Shown here one piece after another: positions 17,387 through 26,333 of a stretch of 27,453 nt of DNA (position 1 is its first letter; each line of letters starts with the position of its first letter). The position numbers and the translations under genes are program-made. Source of the DNA: an uncultured virus (IMG/VR IMGVR_UViG_3300021387_003647) (lineage: Duplodnaviria > Heunggongvirae > Uroviricota > Caudoviricetes). The notes under the pieces are model-generated. The model was not told where the DNA came from. It saw only the letters and a program-made list of their open reading frames with translations, and ran no database searches. The stretch is from the IMG/VR virus record IMGVR_UViG_3300021387_003647. One strand, written 5' to 3'.

Positions 17387-18556
17387 TTAATTTTCGTCTT
17401 CTTCTTTTTCTTCTCTGATGATATAATCCCGCGGATAAACTTTCGGAATATAGTTAATAGACAAGTCATACTCCCGAAGCAGTTTTTGTTTGTATAGTTC
17501 TATATCTGCCGCAGTTATTGATATATGGTCAAACTTATCCCAAATCAAATCATCTACTCCTTTGATGAACATATGCTGAACATAAGAAATACATTTTTTC
17601 CAACGTTCATCATCAAAGTCAATTACTAACATATTTGGATCTTCTTGTGAACGAGTAACACGCAGTACTTCTCCGGCTTTCGTCATAAAGTCATAATTCC
17701 CACATCGTTCATCGCACCACGAAGTATTCTTCTTTTGGTCAAATTCATATATATGAGTATGAGTCTTTATGTCTTTGTTTGTTTTGCCGTGATTTAAATG
17801 ACAGCCCATATTACATCGATAATCCGGACTAGTGATGTTAAACTTAACGAATAAGTCTTCCACAACTTTCATCGTATCCCATTTCACTTCTTCTGGAACA
17901 GTAAACAACAAATAAGTCTTGTCATTCATTCGTTCAGAATACAGTGCAAATTGCTTCTGATTAACTCGCAGACGGTTTTGTAAGAACTCCAGTGCAGCAA
18001 GCGGAGAGTTCATATACAGAGCGTGACCGAGCATATGAATTTCATCCAATGTCAAAGGTTCATCCAGATGTTTAATATCTGGAACTCTAATCTCTTCAGT
18101 GTTTGCATTTTCTGCATTCTCGCGTGAAGCGAGCATCATGTTTTCATCTAATTGTATTCTCATATCGTAATATTTCTTGCACCAACGGCGCATGTTAATT
18201 TTCTTGTAAGTGATTCGTTCTACATACTTATCGTGCTTGTAGTATTCATCGAATATCTCCTGTTCGGATTTCGTATCATCGTTAATGAAATATACATTTT
18301 CTATATAATCATAACTACGATATACCCGATGAGGAATCGTTCCCTTGCGCAAGCCGACAGACATATCTCCGTCGCCAGGAGACATTTCACGAACATCTTC
18401 TGCATTCACAAAAGAAGCATAAGATACTATCGGCTCTGCCATTTTCTTATAATACACAGAAACTTCGTACATCGTATCCGGTGTCCGTTTCCTATTGAAC
18501 TTCTCGTATTTACAGAAGTCCATAAACCTGTTTTCAAAATTCATCAATATTCTCAT
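17387..18556 (-). CDS. Hypothetical protein
   Basis: 389-aa ORF. Confidence 0.8.
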   Translation of the reverse strand: MRILMNFENRFMDFCKYEKFNRKRTPDTMYEVSVYYKKMAEPIVSYASFVNAEDVREMSPGDGDMSVGLRKGTIPHRVYRSYDYIENVYFINDDTKSEQEIFDEYYKHDKYVERITYKKINMRRWCKKYYDMRIQLDENMMLASRENAENANTEEIRVPDIKHLDEPLTLDEIHMLGHALYMNSPLAALEFLQNRLRVNQKQFALYSERMNDKTYLLFTVPEEVKWDTMKVVEDLFVKFNITSPDYRCNMGCHLNHGKTNKDIKTHTHIYEFDQKKNTSWCDERCGNYDFMTKAGEVLRVTRSQEDPNMLVIDFDDERWKKCISYVQHMFIKGVDDLIWDKFDHISITAADIELYKQKLLREYDLSINYIPKVYPRDYIIREEKEEDEN

Positions 18557-18560
18557 ACTA

Positions 18561-18586
18561 ATATTACTACAGTTTCTGAAAAAAGT
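18561..18586 (-). promoter_or_regulatory. ACTT-N16-TAATAT promoter-like motif
   Basis: Closely similar to 26281-26306 (TAGACTTTTT...CTGTAGTAATAT). Confidence 0.6.
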
Positions 18587-18683
18587 CTATTTGAGGATTT
18601 TCCGTAAAGTTCCGAAGAGTATGAAACTGATGTAGAGATTTCATAAAATGTCTTTAGAAAACATACAAGAACAGACAGAATCG

Positions 18684-18754
18684 TTAAAAGAAGTTAAAGA
18701 ATGAAAGTTTTCTGCTGAAATATTTGCATGTTCCAGAAAGAATGCCTATATTTG
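18684..18754 (+). promoter_or_regulatory. Bacteroidota-type promoter (-33 TTTG, -7 TATATTTG) with TTAA-N6-TTAA box
   Basis: TTAAAAGAAGTTAA at 18684-18697, TTTG at ~18723, TATATTTG at 18747-18754. Confidence 0.7.
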
Positions 18755-18807
18755 CATCGTGAAACTTAAAAAAACTTTTATTGTTAAACTTAAAAAACTA
18801 ACGTATT

Positions 18808-19674
18808 ATGAAAAAGATTATGTTTTTCGTTTTTGCACTCAGTGCAATCATGTTAACCAGTGCATGTTCAAGTGCAAGTGTTGATGAGATGTTTACTCAG
18901 GCCGAGCAGCCCGCAGTAGATGAGTATGTAACCATCAGTTTCAGTCCCTACTTCGTGGAAGCAATGACCCGTGGTGCCGGTGACAAAGCCGTGTCTGAAG
19001 TGTGTGACCGACTGGACATCTGGATTTCTGACGGTGAGACTACTACTGAGTATCACCAGCAGAAGACTGATACGGGCTTCGGCAGTCTGAGCGTACAGTT
19101 GAACAAGACCAAGACTTACACACTGTATGCTATCAGTCACAAGAGTCCGTCTGCCGTGACGATGTCGAGCAATCTCATATCATTCGCTGACAATCTTGTT
19201 TTTGATGCATTCTATTGCAAGAAGGTATTTACTCCGAGTGCTTCACTGGAATGCCAGTTGACTCGCTTCGTCGGACAGTTCAGTCTGTGGATTACCGATG
19301 CTATTCCAGAAGAGACTGCTAAGATGCATTTCATTATCTCTTCCAGCAATACGCAATGGAACGTCTCAACCGGAGTCGGAGCAACCCCACTTGCCCGCAC
19401 TCGAGACTTTACTTCGTGGTCATCACTCAGCGACGGTTCAACGATGTTCAATATCAATGTCATTCCGGACAATCTAACAGATGTTACAACCGTTGACATC
19501 ACGGTTCAGGCACTTGACGAGAACGACAACATCATTGAAGAGCGGTCTTTCGCGGATGTAAACATCAAGGCTTCTTACCGCAGCATCTACAAAGGTACGT
19601 TTTTCGTCACCACGGATATGGCATACTCCTTCGTGCTGAACGATGCGTGGACACAGGATGTAACCAACTTCTGA
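18808..19674 (+). CDS. Bacteroidota lipoprotein, FimB/Mfa2 (type V pilin)-like
   Basis: Signal peptide MKKIMFFVFALSAIMLTSAC with lipobox Cys; MTR processing-type motif; beta-rich body with D.FY, L.R.VG and YRSIYKG.FF. Confidence 0.65.
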   Translation: MKKIMFFVFALSAIMLTSACSSASVDEMFTQAEQPAVDEYVTISFSPYFVEAMTRGAGDKAVSEVCDRLDIWISDGETTTEYHQQKTDTGFGSLSVQLNKTKTYTLYAISHKSPSAVTMSSNLISFADNLVFDAFYCKKVFTPSASLECQLTRFVGQFSLWITDAIPEETAKMHFIISSSNTQWNVSTGVGATPLARTRDFTSWSSLSDGSTMFNINVIPDNLTDVTTVDITVQALDENDNIIEERSFADVNIKASYRSIYKGTFFVTTDMAYSFVLNDAWTQDVTNF

Positions 19675-19697
19675 ACGTTCCTGACACTTTCGGCAGA

Positions 19698-19735
19698 AAA
19701 GAAAAGCAGACCCGGTAGCGGGTCTGCTTTTCTTT
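19698..19735. terminator. Bidirectional intrinsic terminator
   Basis: AAAGAAAAGCAGACCCG-GTAG-CGGGTCTGCTTTTCTTT. Confidence 0.85.
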
Positions 19736-19811
19736 CGTATATCATTTATGGTAAGTTTGCTATATCTTTCTATACGATTTACTATACCAAATGAGGGTAT
19801 TTTACTATACC
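19733..19811. repeat. Degenerate 22-23-bp phased repeat TTT(A/G/C)(C/G)TATA(T/C)C x4
   Basis: Copies at 19733, 19756, 19778 and 19801. Confidence 0.55.
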
Positions 19812-21104
19812 TTAATATTCGTATTCTTCTTCATCGTCTTCATCGTACTCTTCTTCCCGTTCCCGATCGTCATACTCATCACGCTCGTGCTCGTAGTAAA
19901 TCTCTTCAGCACGTTCCAGTGACGGCAACACACAACTCAACGTAGCCGGACGGCTGATGACATTATTATTTTGTTCGTGACCTTCCGACTCCAGTGCCAG
20001 GATAAACTCCTTTCCTTTTGAGTCGCTGATTGTTCCGTGGAAGAACAGATGCACAGAAGTATAAACAGTCCCGCCATCGTCTTCGTGATTGATGATATAC
20101 GCTTCACCGGGAGTATTCTCCAGGAAGTCACGAATGTTCTGACTGCGTGTTGCTGTCGGATCCCAAGGTTCCAGACCACTGCCGTCCCTATATCCGCTGA
20201 CACTATAGTAAGTCAACAGTTCTGCACACGGAGTACCATTCCGTCCGGCCCAGTGGTTCTTGTCCTTCACCGGTCCGATGCGCTCGAAGTCACATACCTT
20301 GATGACTTTCTCCTTATTGTTCAAGTCATTCATAATGTCATAGTTCTCAGAGCCGTCATCATGCCCAAAGAACGCAAACGCAAGGATTGTGTCGATGTTC
20401 CACTGATGAGTGTCCTACATCACCTGACCGAATGTATAGTCCGGACTTATCAGCAGTTTACACATTCTCCACACTTTCTGTGAAATAGTCGGCCAGATAA
20501 TCTGCGGAACACCGTCAACAATATCAACACTATAGAATTCCACATAAGTATCTTCTCTTGATTTAGCATCCAACGAGTTAGACTTGTCTATTAATATGTT
20601 TGAATTTGAAGAAGTTCCGGCTTCTACTGTATTACAAGAAATGGTAAAGATTCGGTATATGAAATATTTCAAAAAGTTCAATACATTGTATGCATTATTG
20701 AAGTCTCCATTGAATGTGACTATACCGTATAATATTGTACTTACATCAGCATCGAATATATTATGTGCTTTCATCCCGACAATATCTACTCCATCCAAGT
20801 CATAATGCTTTAAGCAGTCTTCTTCGTGTCGTAATACATGTTGATATGCATTACTGTCATAAAATACTGGCTTACTGAAGTTGGTTATTTGCGGGCAACG
20901 ATTAAGCATAACTATCAATCTGCGTTGGAACCTCTATAAGTCATTCGTAAGACTAGCAATCGTATCGATATTGATATACTTATGCATCACAACATCAAAC
21001 TCCAACCGGTACTCATATTGTATCTCAGTGCCGTCAATATCATCCTGCAACTCTTCGTCGTCTATCTGGACATTATCCAGAAAATCTTCAAAAATCTTTT
21101 CCAT
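19812..21104 (-). CDS. Hypothetical protein, 430 aa, with two in-frame TAGs (20934-36, 20415-17); merges ORFs 20415..20918 and 19812..20333
   Basis: Continuous frame from MEKIFEDFLDNVQIDDEEL at 21104 to the TAA at 19812, interrupted only by TAG. Confidence 0.8.
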
Positions 21105-21119
21105 GCACTATTTATTGTA

Positions 21120-22600
21120 CTATTTTCATAAATTTATAAATTCTAATCAAATCTATAGATTATACTACTAATTTCGTGCTCTGTCTGTTCTTCGGATTTA
21201 AAAATCCTCGAACATTTAGAACATCTGGTGATACAACGTCACCTCTATCCAGTAATCTGCTCAGAGCAGAATCCTGTATTACATTTGCTTTACGCAAGAT
21301 GCCGACTGCGCCGTTGCAGTCGGCGTTCAGCAACTTTCCAGTTGATGATTTAAACAATCCACGCTTAGTTCTCTTTCCGAGATAAGAATCGTGATGCTCC
21401 ATAGTCTCTTTGGCTAAGTGATCACACTTAGATGTGTAACTTTCTTCTACTTCTATGAATTCTATTCCAACTTCTTCGAGTTTATATTTCAACTTTGAAA
21501 TCAATTCTGAATGTGGAATTGAACAGAACAATCGATTGTTTGCTTTGAACATATTTGATTCATTCTTCCAGAATTCATTATGACCGATAACTACTCTACC
21601 TATAGCATTCTCTAAGCAATAATCTCTTATCATACTGCTTACATTATGAATATAGTTAAATTTATAGTTGTTATAGTTGAAGAAAATTCTGTTCATTCTC
21701 CTTGATAGTTTCACTTGTTTTAATAGCCCATCTTTTCGAGAAACTTTAGTCAGTTCTCTGTTCTTCGAAGTCAATACACAAGATGTCAAATGAGCAATTG
21801 AATCATTTGTCTCGTTGATTCTTTGTTTCAGTTCGCTGCCGCGAACTATGAAAGAATCTTCTTTGTCTAATCCGAACGTCACACAAGTTATTAGATTTTT
21901 GACACCTAGGTCAATGCCCAATGCTTTATCTTTCAAAACAACTATCTTCGGCTTAACTTTATTTTCTCTTAACTCATCAAGATATTTCAGATTCTAATCA
22001 TATATGAACGTAATTTTGAATTTACTTTCATTTATGAATTTGATTTTAAGCATTACAATCCATTCTTTCTTCAGATTAGACGGAATCCGAACTTTATAGT
22101 CAGAACACGGCAGTGTTATCTTATCTTTTTCTTTTCCTCTGAATCGTGTCTTATCTATCGAGACTATATTATGTGTTTTCTTTCTGTATTTGTATTTTGG
22201 CATCTAAGGTTCACCCGTGTATCTCTCCGGGTGAACTCTGTAGTCTTTCTTTGCTTTAATCCAACTAAACCAATTGCTATATGCTTGTCCGATACATTGT
22301 TTCTTTACATTAATGTCTAATTTAGAATTCTGAAATGCATCAGTCGAGTTAACTAAGTCAAACAAATTAAACTTTGACGGATATTTCGGAATTTCTTCCC
22401 AGTTCAAATCTCTACATCTGAAGTATTCTTGACGAAGGAAATACAGTCCCTAATCATAGAGTGAAACAGAATCAACGGTCATACTGTTTAACCGTTCATC
22501 ATAGTCAACGAACGTATGGACAGCACGAAGGAACTGATTATTCTTTCTCATAAATTATTTATCACAAAGTTCTTATATAGTTGAATTATCATATTTTATT
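21120..22600 (-). mobile_element. TnpB-only (IS1341-like) element; ends approximate
   Basis: AT-rich island carrying only tnpB. No tnpA in the window. Confidence 0.5.
21160..22551 (-). CDS. tnpB: IS200/IS605-family TnpB RNA-guided endonuclease, 463 aa, with three in-frame TAGs (22450, 22204, 21994)
   Basis: LYD(TAG)GLYFLRQEYF (family LYNQxLY), YTGEP(TAG)MPKY, ALGIDLGVKNL, VEESYTSK, KRGLF and NADCNGA.GILRK. Three ORF-track fragments are in one frame. Confidence 0.9.
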
Positions 22601-22653
22601 TACTAACTTAAATACATTCTAAACTTTCTCGGAGTTCTGAAGTATAATAGTTG

Positions 22654-24006
22654 ATGGGATATTACATTGACATATCATATGATGAGCAACTGAAGAGTGC
22701 TGTGCAACTTTGGGATGAAGGATTCGTGAACGATTCTATCCTGGAGTTAAGTCGGCTTGTGTATGATGACGACTATCTGCCGGCTTATCCGGAATATCTC
22801 CGTAGGATTTGGGGAAATGGTCAGCATTACGATGAGTTCAATGAGTTGCTGGAACGCGGCATCGGGAAAGGTTCACTCGACTGTGAGTATCTGAAAGTGT
22901 GGAAGGAATTTTCCAACCGGCCCAGTGTTGATGAGTATTGGAACCGTATCGGTACGCTGGCACGGAAAGGACAGAAGAACGCCCGTCTTGCACTAGCGAT
23001 GCGTTACCTGCAGTTCCAGCAGTACGAAATGACACTGAAATGTATGAACGATGCTTATCCGTGTATGTCGTCGGTAGAGAATCTTGCACTGATGTATCCG
23101 TACTTCAAGTCACGCGAGTCTTTCTTCCGGAAGATTATCCCGAATTGTCAGCGATGGGTGCGTCGAGTAGAGGGTTATATCCGGCAACACGATTCATCGT
23201 TTGCTGCATCAGATGGAGTTATTACAACTCCACTTGAGTCCATCCGCTTACAGCCGTGGCCGGTGAACACCGATAAGTTGTTGATGCACGAGATTTCGAA
23301 TGAAGAGTTCAATGCCCACGTATTCAGCCGGTTGAGAATGCTGGAACGGAAGAGAATCCAGCAGGGAACGGCTCTGAGTTATTCGCAGATAGTGGACGAA
23401 CTGGTTCATAAGTTGCGAGCATTCCCGGACTTGTATATTATGACTGGACTGACGAAGAATTCGTGGAGTCTCTCCGACAACGAGAAAGACTCAGCAAAGG
23501 AACGCAGCAGCATCTACGTGATGAAACATACAGACCAGGGTTGGATGACATTGCGTATAGGAGACCATACACCCAATATGCAAGACTATTACAAATACCG
23601 CCGGATGTTCATTCCGTCAATAGAGCGTTATGCGAATATGTGTCTGATGTTCCATGGCGACCGTGAACAGGATAAGCAGCTCAGTTACTCGTTCCGGTTC
23701 CGTCCGGAGACTGCCGACCCGTGTGTGACAGTCCGCGATGAAGACTTCGTTATCTACCGGCCGTTTATGTATATGCTCGTGCATTATATTCCCGGCCTTA
23801 TTGAAAACATAGACCCATTAGTAGAGAATATCCGTAAGTGGTTTGACGGCGAGGGAAAGAATCCTTATCAAGACCCGTGGTGGCAAACGAGTGAGAACGG
23901 GCCGTGTGCTCGGACTACCAGCGGGTGTGTGACTATCGAGACGTGGAAGATGAAGTACGACCGACGGGAAAGGAAACGTCAGTCCAGTGATTCTTCTATC
24001 TTGTGA
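22654..24006 (+). CDS. Hypothetical protein with Sel1/TPR-like helical N-terminus
   Basis: ~450 aa with LARKGQKNARLALAMRY. ACTT-N16-TATAAT at 22623-22648 lies immediately upstream. Confidence 0.75.
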   Translation: MGYYIDISYDEQLKSAVQLWDEGFVNDSILELSRLVYDDDYLPAYPEYLRRIWGNGQHYDEFNELLERGIGKGSLDCEYLKVWKEFSNRPSVDEYWNRIGTLARKGQKNARLALAMRYLQFQQYEMTLKCMNDAYPCMSSVENLALMYPYFKSRESFFRKIIPNCQRWVRRVEGYIRQHDSSFAASDGVITTPLESIRLQPWPVNTDKLLMHEISNEEFNAHVFSRLRMLERKRIQQGTALSYSQIVDELVHKLRAFPDLYIMTGLTKNSWSLSDNEKDSAKERSSIYVMKHTDQGWMTLRIGDHTPNMQDYYKYRRMFIPSIERYANMCLMFHGDREQDKQLSYSFRFRPETADPCVTVRDEDFVIYRPFMYMLVHYIPGLIENIDPLVENIRKWFDGEGKNPYQDPWWQTSENGPCARTTSGCVTIETWKMKYDRRERKRQSSDSSIL

Positions 24007-24041
24007 ATTAACTTTAAGCAATATCCAATTTACTAGTTGAG

Positions 24042-24217
24042 TGCTTTCGGGCCGTCCCGTCTTCCAGAACGGGAGATGAGGGATTCCCGAACGGGATGTA
24101 ATTACCTGCCGAACGGGAGGTGAAATGCTATCGAACGATGACAGAAAACAAAACGTTCGATAAACGACTTCAACACGAACGTTTAATGACTGACTCCCGA
24201 ACGTTGGGCGAATGCTT
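24042..24217. repeat. 22-bp phased array of CGAACG cores (one inverted); possible structured RNA
   Basis: GAAC at 24067, 24089, 24111, 24133, 24177 and 24199; GTTC at 24155. Confidence 0.75.
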
Positions 24218-24336
24218 ACCGTGAGCAAAGCGAAATCACTGCTGGTCTCTCGATTTTTTATTTCCGTACGGAAAAAAACTTTTTCGCCAGTGCGTAGGTA
24301 TAATTATTAGAAGATAATTTAAAGAAAGGAAAGCAT

Positions 24337-24672
24337 ATGAATAATGAACAACAAACAATGAGTAATGTCCGTGTAGAGTTAGACATTCCCGGACAGAGGT
24401 TGCTGGCTCAAGCAATGGATGTATTCGACAACTATCAGCCGCTGGTAAAGGAAGCATTGGAAGAGGCTCGTGAGAAACTGCTATTTGATAAAGACTTTCA
24501 GCAGCATATCAAGGATGTGATTATCGCTCGTGTAGAAGAAGCGATGAAGAAAGGTATAGAACAGGCTGCGAAGCGAGTGATTGACGATGCATACTATCAC
24601 CACTATACGGAAATTGAAAAATCGGTCAGAGATACTATCATCTCGAAACTGACAAACAATGCGACCGTTTAA
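24337..24672 (+). CDS. Hypothetical helical protein
   Basis: 111 aa with an AAGGA upstream and a promoter motif at 24278-24304. Confidence 0.75.
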   Translation: MNNEQQTMSNVRVELDIPGQRLLAQAMDVFDNYQPLVKEALEEAREKLLFDKDFQQHIKDVIIARVEEAMKKGIEQAAKRVIDDAYYHHYTEIEKSVRDTIISKLTNNATV

Positions 24673-24704
24673 TTGATTTTGCCCAATACATGTAAAATAA
24701 AATT

Positions 24705-24740
24705 GAAGAGCGAGCCGTTGGTGACTCGCTCTTCTTTTTT
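24705..24740 (+). terminator. Intrinsic terminator
   Basis: GAAGAGCGAG...CTCGCTCTTC followed by TTTTTT. Confidence 0.8.
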
Positions 24741-24755
24741 AGAATAATGAAAGTT

Positions 24756-24974
24756 TCAGAACAATGGGTTACTTGAATCGTTTTTATGCCGGTATTTCGA
24801 CATATCGACCAGTGTAACCACTTTCGTGTCTTTCTTAGGACTCCCGAAAGAGAACTTCGGAAACTTCAGCGGTTCTATTTCCTTGCCGCTTGGCGGACAG
24901 GCTCCGCAGATTTTGTGTTTCTTCGGACTCTTCTGGGGAATCTTCGGAGTGTTGTTGCCAAAGAAATCTAGCAT
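24756..24974 (-). CDS. Small basic hypothetical protein
   Basis: 72 aa, Lys/Pro-rich, ending at the terminator. Confidence 0.5.
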   Translation of the reverse strand: MLDFFGNNTPKIPQKSPKKHKICGACPPSGKEIEPLKFPKFSFGSPKKDTKVVTLVDMSKYRHKNDSSNPLF

Positions 24975-25020
24975 ACGTGTACAGTTTGATTGTTTTTGTA
25001 TTTATGTTCACCAGATGTTG

Positions 25021-25431
25021 TCAGATAAGCACAGCATCGGGGACATAAATTTTCTTCAGCACTTTGGGTGCATTCTTCTTCTGACCTTTTCCGAACGGCT
25101 GTACCAGGAACACGTAGTTGCCGTAGCCGGTAGGCAGTTTCTGCATACACACACCGCGATAACTCTCGCCGCGATAGTTGAACTTCACTACGGTCTTCGA
25201 CTCTTCGTTCTTGATGTCACACTCGCACTTCAGGAATGTGTCTGACATCTGAGTCACCTTGTACTCACCGTTGTCAACGAATTCAGATTCATCGTCCAAC
25301 GGCATAAAACCGGCCGACTCTTCCTCGTCAGAAGATTTATGACGGCTGTCGTCAGAATAATACACTTCATCTGTTATCTCATCATTCTCATCGAAATTGA
25401 TGTTCTCGTTAATGTTTTGATTTTCTAGCAT
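25021..25431 (-). CDS. Hypothetical protein with acidic N-terminus
   Basis: 136-aa ORF. Confidence 0.75.
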   Translation of the reverse strand: MLENQNINENINFDENDEITDEVYYSDDSRHKSSDEEESAGFMPLDDESEFVDNGEYKVTQMSDTFLKCECDIKNEESKTVVKFNYRGESYRGVCMQKLPTGYGNYVFLVQPFGKGQKKNAPKVLKKIYVPDAVLI

Positions 25432-25470
25432 GATTATAAAATATTTAGTTATTAATTTTAAATAGCGGAG

Positions 25471-26253
25471 TTATTTATCATACTCCGGAATTGCGAAATA
25501 GTCAGTTAGTCGGATTCCCTGCTCGTAGGCATTCTCCGTAGCATAGTCAATCTTGTCGTTCAACTCGTCGCGGATGTCAGAAGCCATCTGTTTCTTGTCA
25601 GCCTGGATGACGATGGGAGTTGTACTTACGTATGTATTTACAAGTTGGGGATTTATCACGGCTTTATAGAGCGGACCGTCGGCCACCCAGAACTTCTTGT
25701 TCATAAATGCCAGGTAATATTCCATACCCTTGCGTGACAGTGCATACATCGAACAGTTCCAGAGTCCAACACCAGAATGCTGCACCCAGAAGAAGTTCTT
25801 TTTAGTATATTCCTGTATTCGCTTGTCAACGGTGAATGCTCCGAACTGACAGATGTCATAATCTTCGGGCATTACGTTCAGGCAATCATATATATATTCA
25901 GTATCCCGTAAAAATAGTACGTCATCCTCTATTACCAGACAGTGTTCGCATCCCAAGTCATAACAAGTCTTGACAATTGCATAATGATTGCGAGCACAGT
26001 CATACTCATTGACTTTCGTAAACTTTCCGCGACCCGTCTGGTTGAAGGCATTCATAATGACATCGTTATGCGGGAACGGTGTAGCGAAGTAATAACGGAA
26101 ATAATTACTTCCAGTATCGGGCAGTTCAAGACCCATCTCACTGAACTGGTATTCTATCAGGTCTCGCCGGTCTTTTCGACTGGTAAGGTTCAACACGTAG
26201 GTACGGTCGAACTTCTCTTCGAACTTTTTCTGTAACTTTGATTTTTTATCCAT
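25471..26253 (-). CDS. Glycosyltransferase family 25-like protein
   Basis: YVLNL..RKDRR, CARNHY, LVIEDDV and Y.LSRKG motifs of GT25 (Lex2/Lgt). Confidence 0.8.
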   Translation of the reverse strand: MDKKSKLQKKFEEKFDRTYVLNLTSRKDRRDLIEYQFSEMGLELPDTGSNYFRYYFATPFPHNDVIMNAFNQTGRGKFTKVNEYDCARNHYAIVKTCYDLGCEHCLVIEDDVLFLRDTEYIYDCLNVMPEDYDICQFGAFTVDKRIQEYTKKNFFWVQHSGVGLWNCSMYALSRKGMEYYLAFMNKKFWVADGPLYKAVINPQLVNTYVSTTPIVIQADKKQMASDIRDELNDKIDYATENAYEQGIRLTDYFAIPEYDK

Positions 26254-26333
26254 TGCTGTAGTAATTTAATGTTTATGTATATATTACTACAGTCAACAGA
26301 AAAAGTCTAACGTACGGAAATATTTTCCGGAAA

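Noticed and set aside
17387..18556. Amidoligase-like call from GCHLNHG
   Set aside because: A single short motif; the other family motifs were not recognisable
21160..22551. tnpB pseudogene, or Cas12f with an array
   Set aside because: All interruptions are in-frame TAGs consistent with recoding, and there is no adjacent CRISPR array
23818..24228. 136-aa minus-strand ORF over the 22-bp array
   Set aside because: It overlaps a real + strand gene and lacks protein-like features
24007..24336. tRNA (including a CUA suppressor) or tmRNA
   Set aside because: No cloverleaf with D/T arms was found here or elsewhere in the window by eye
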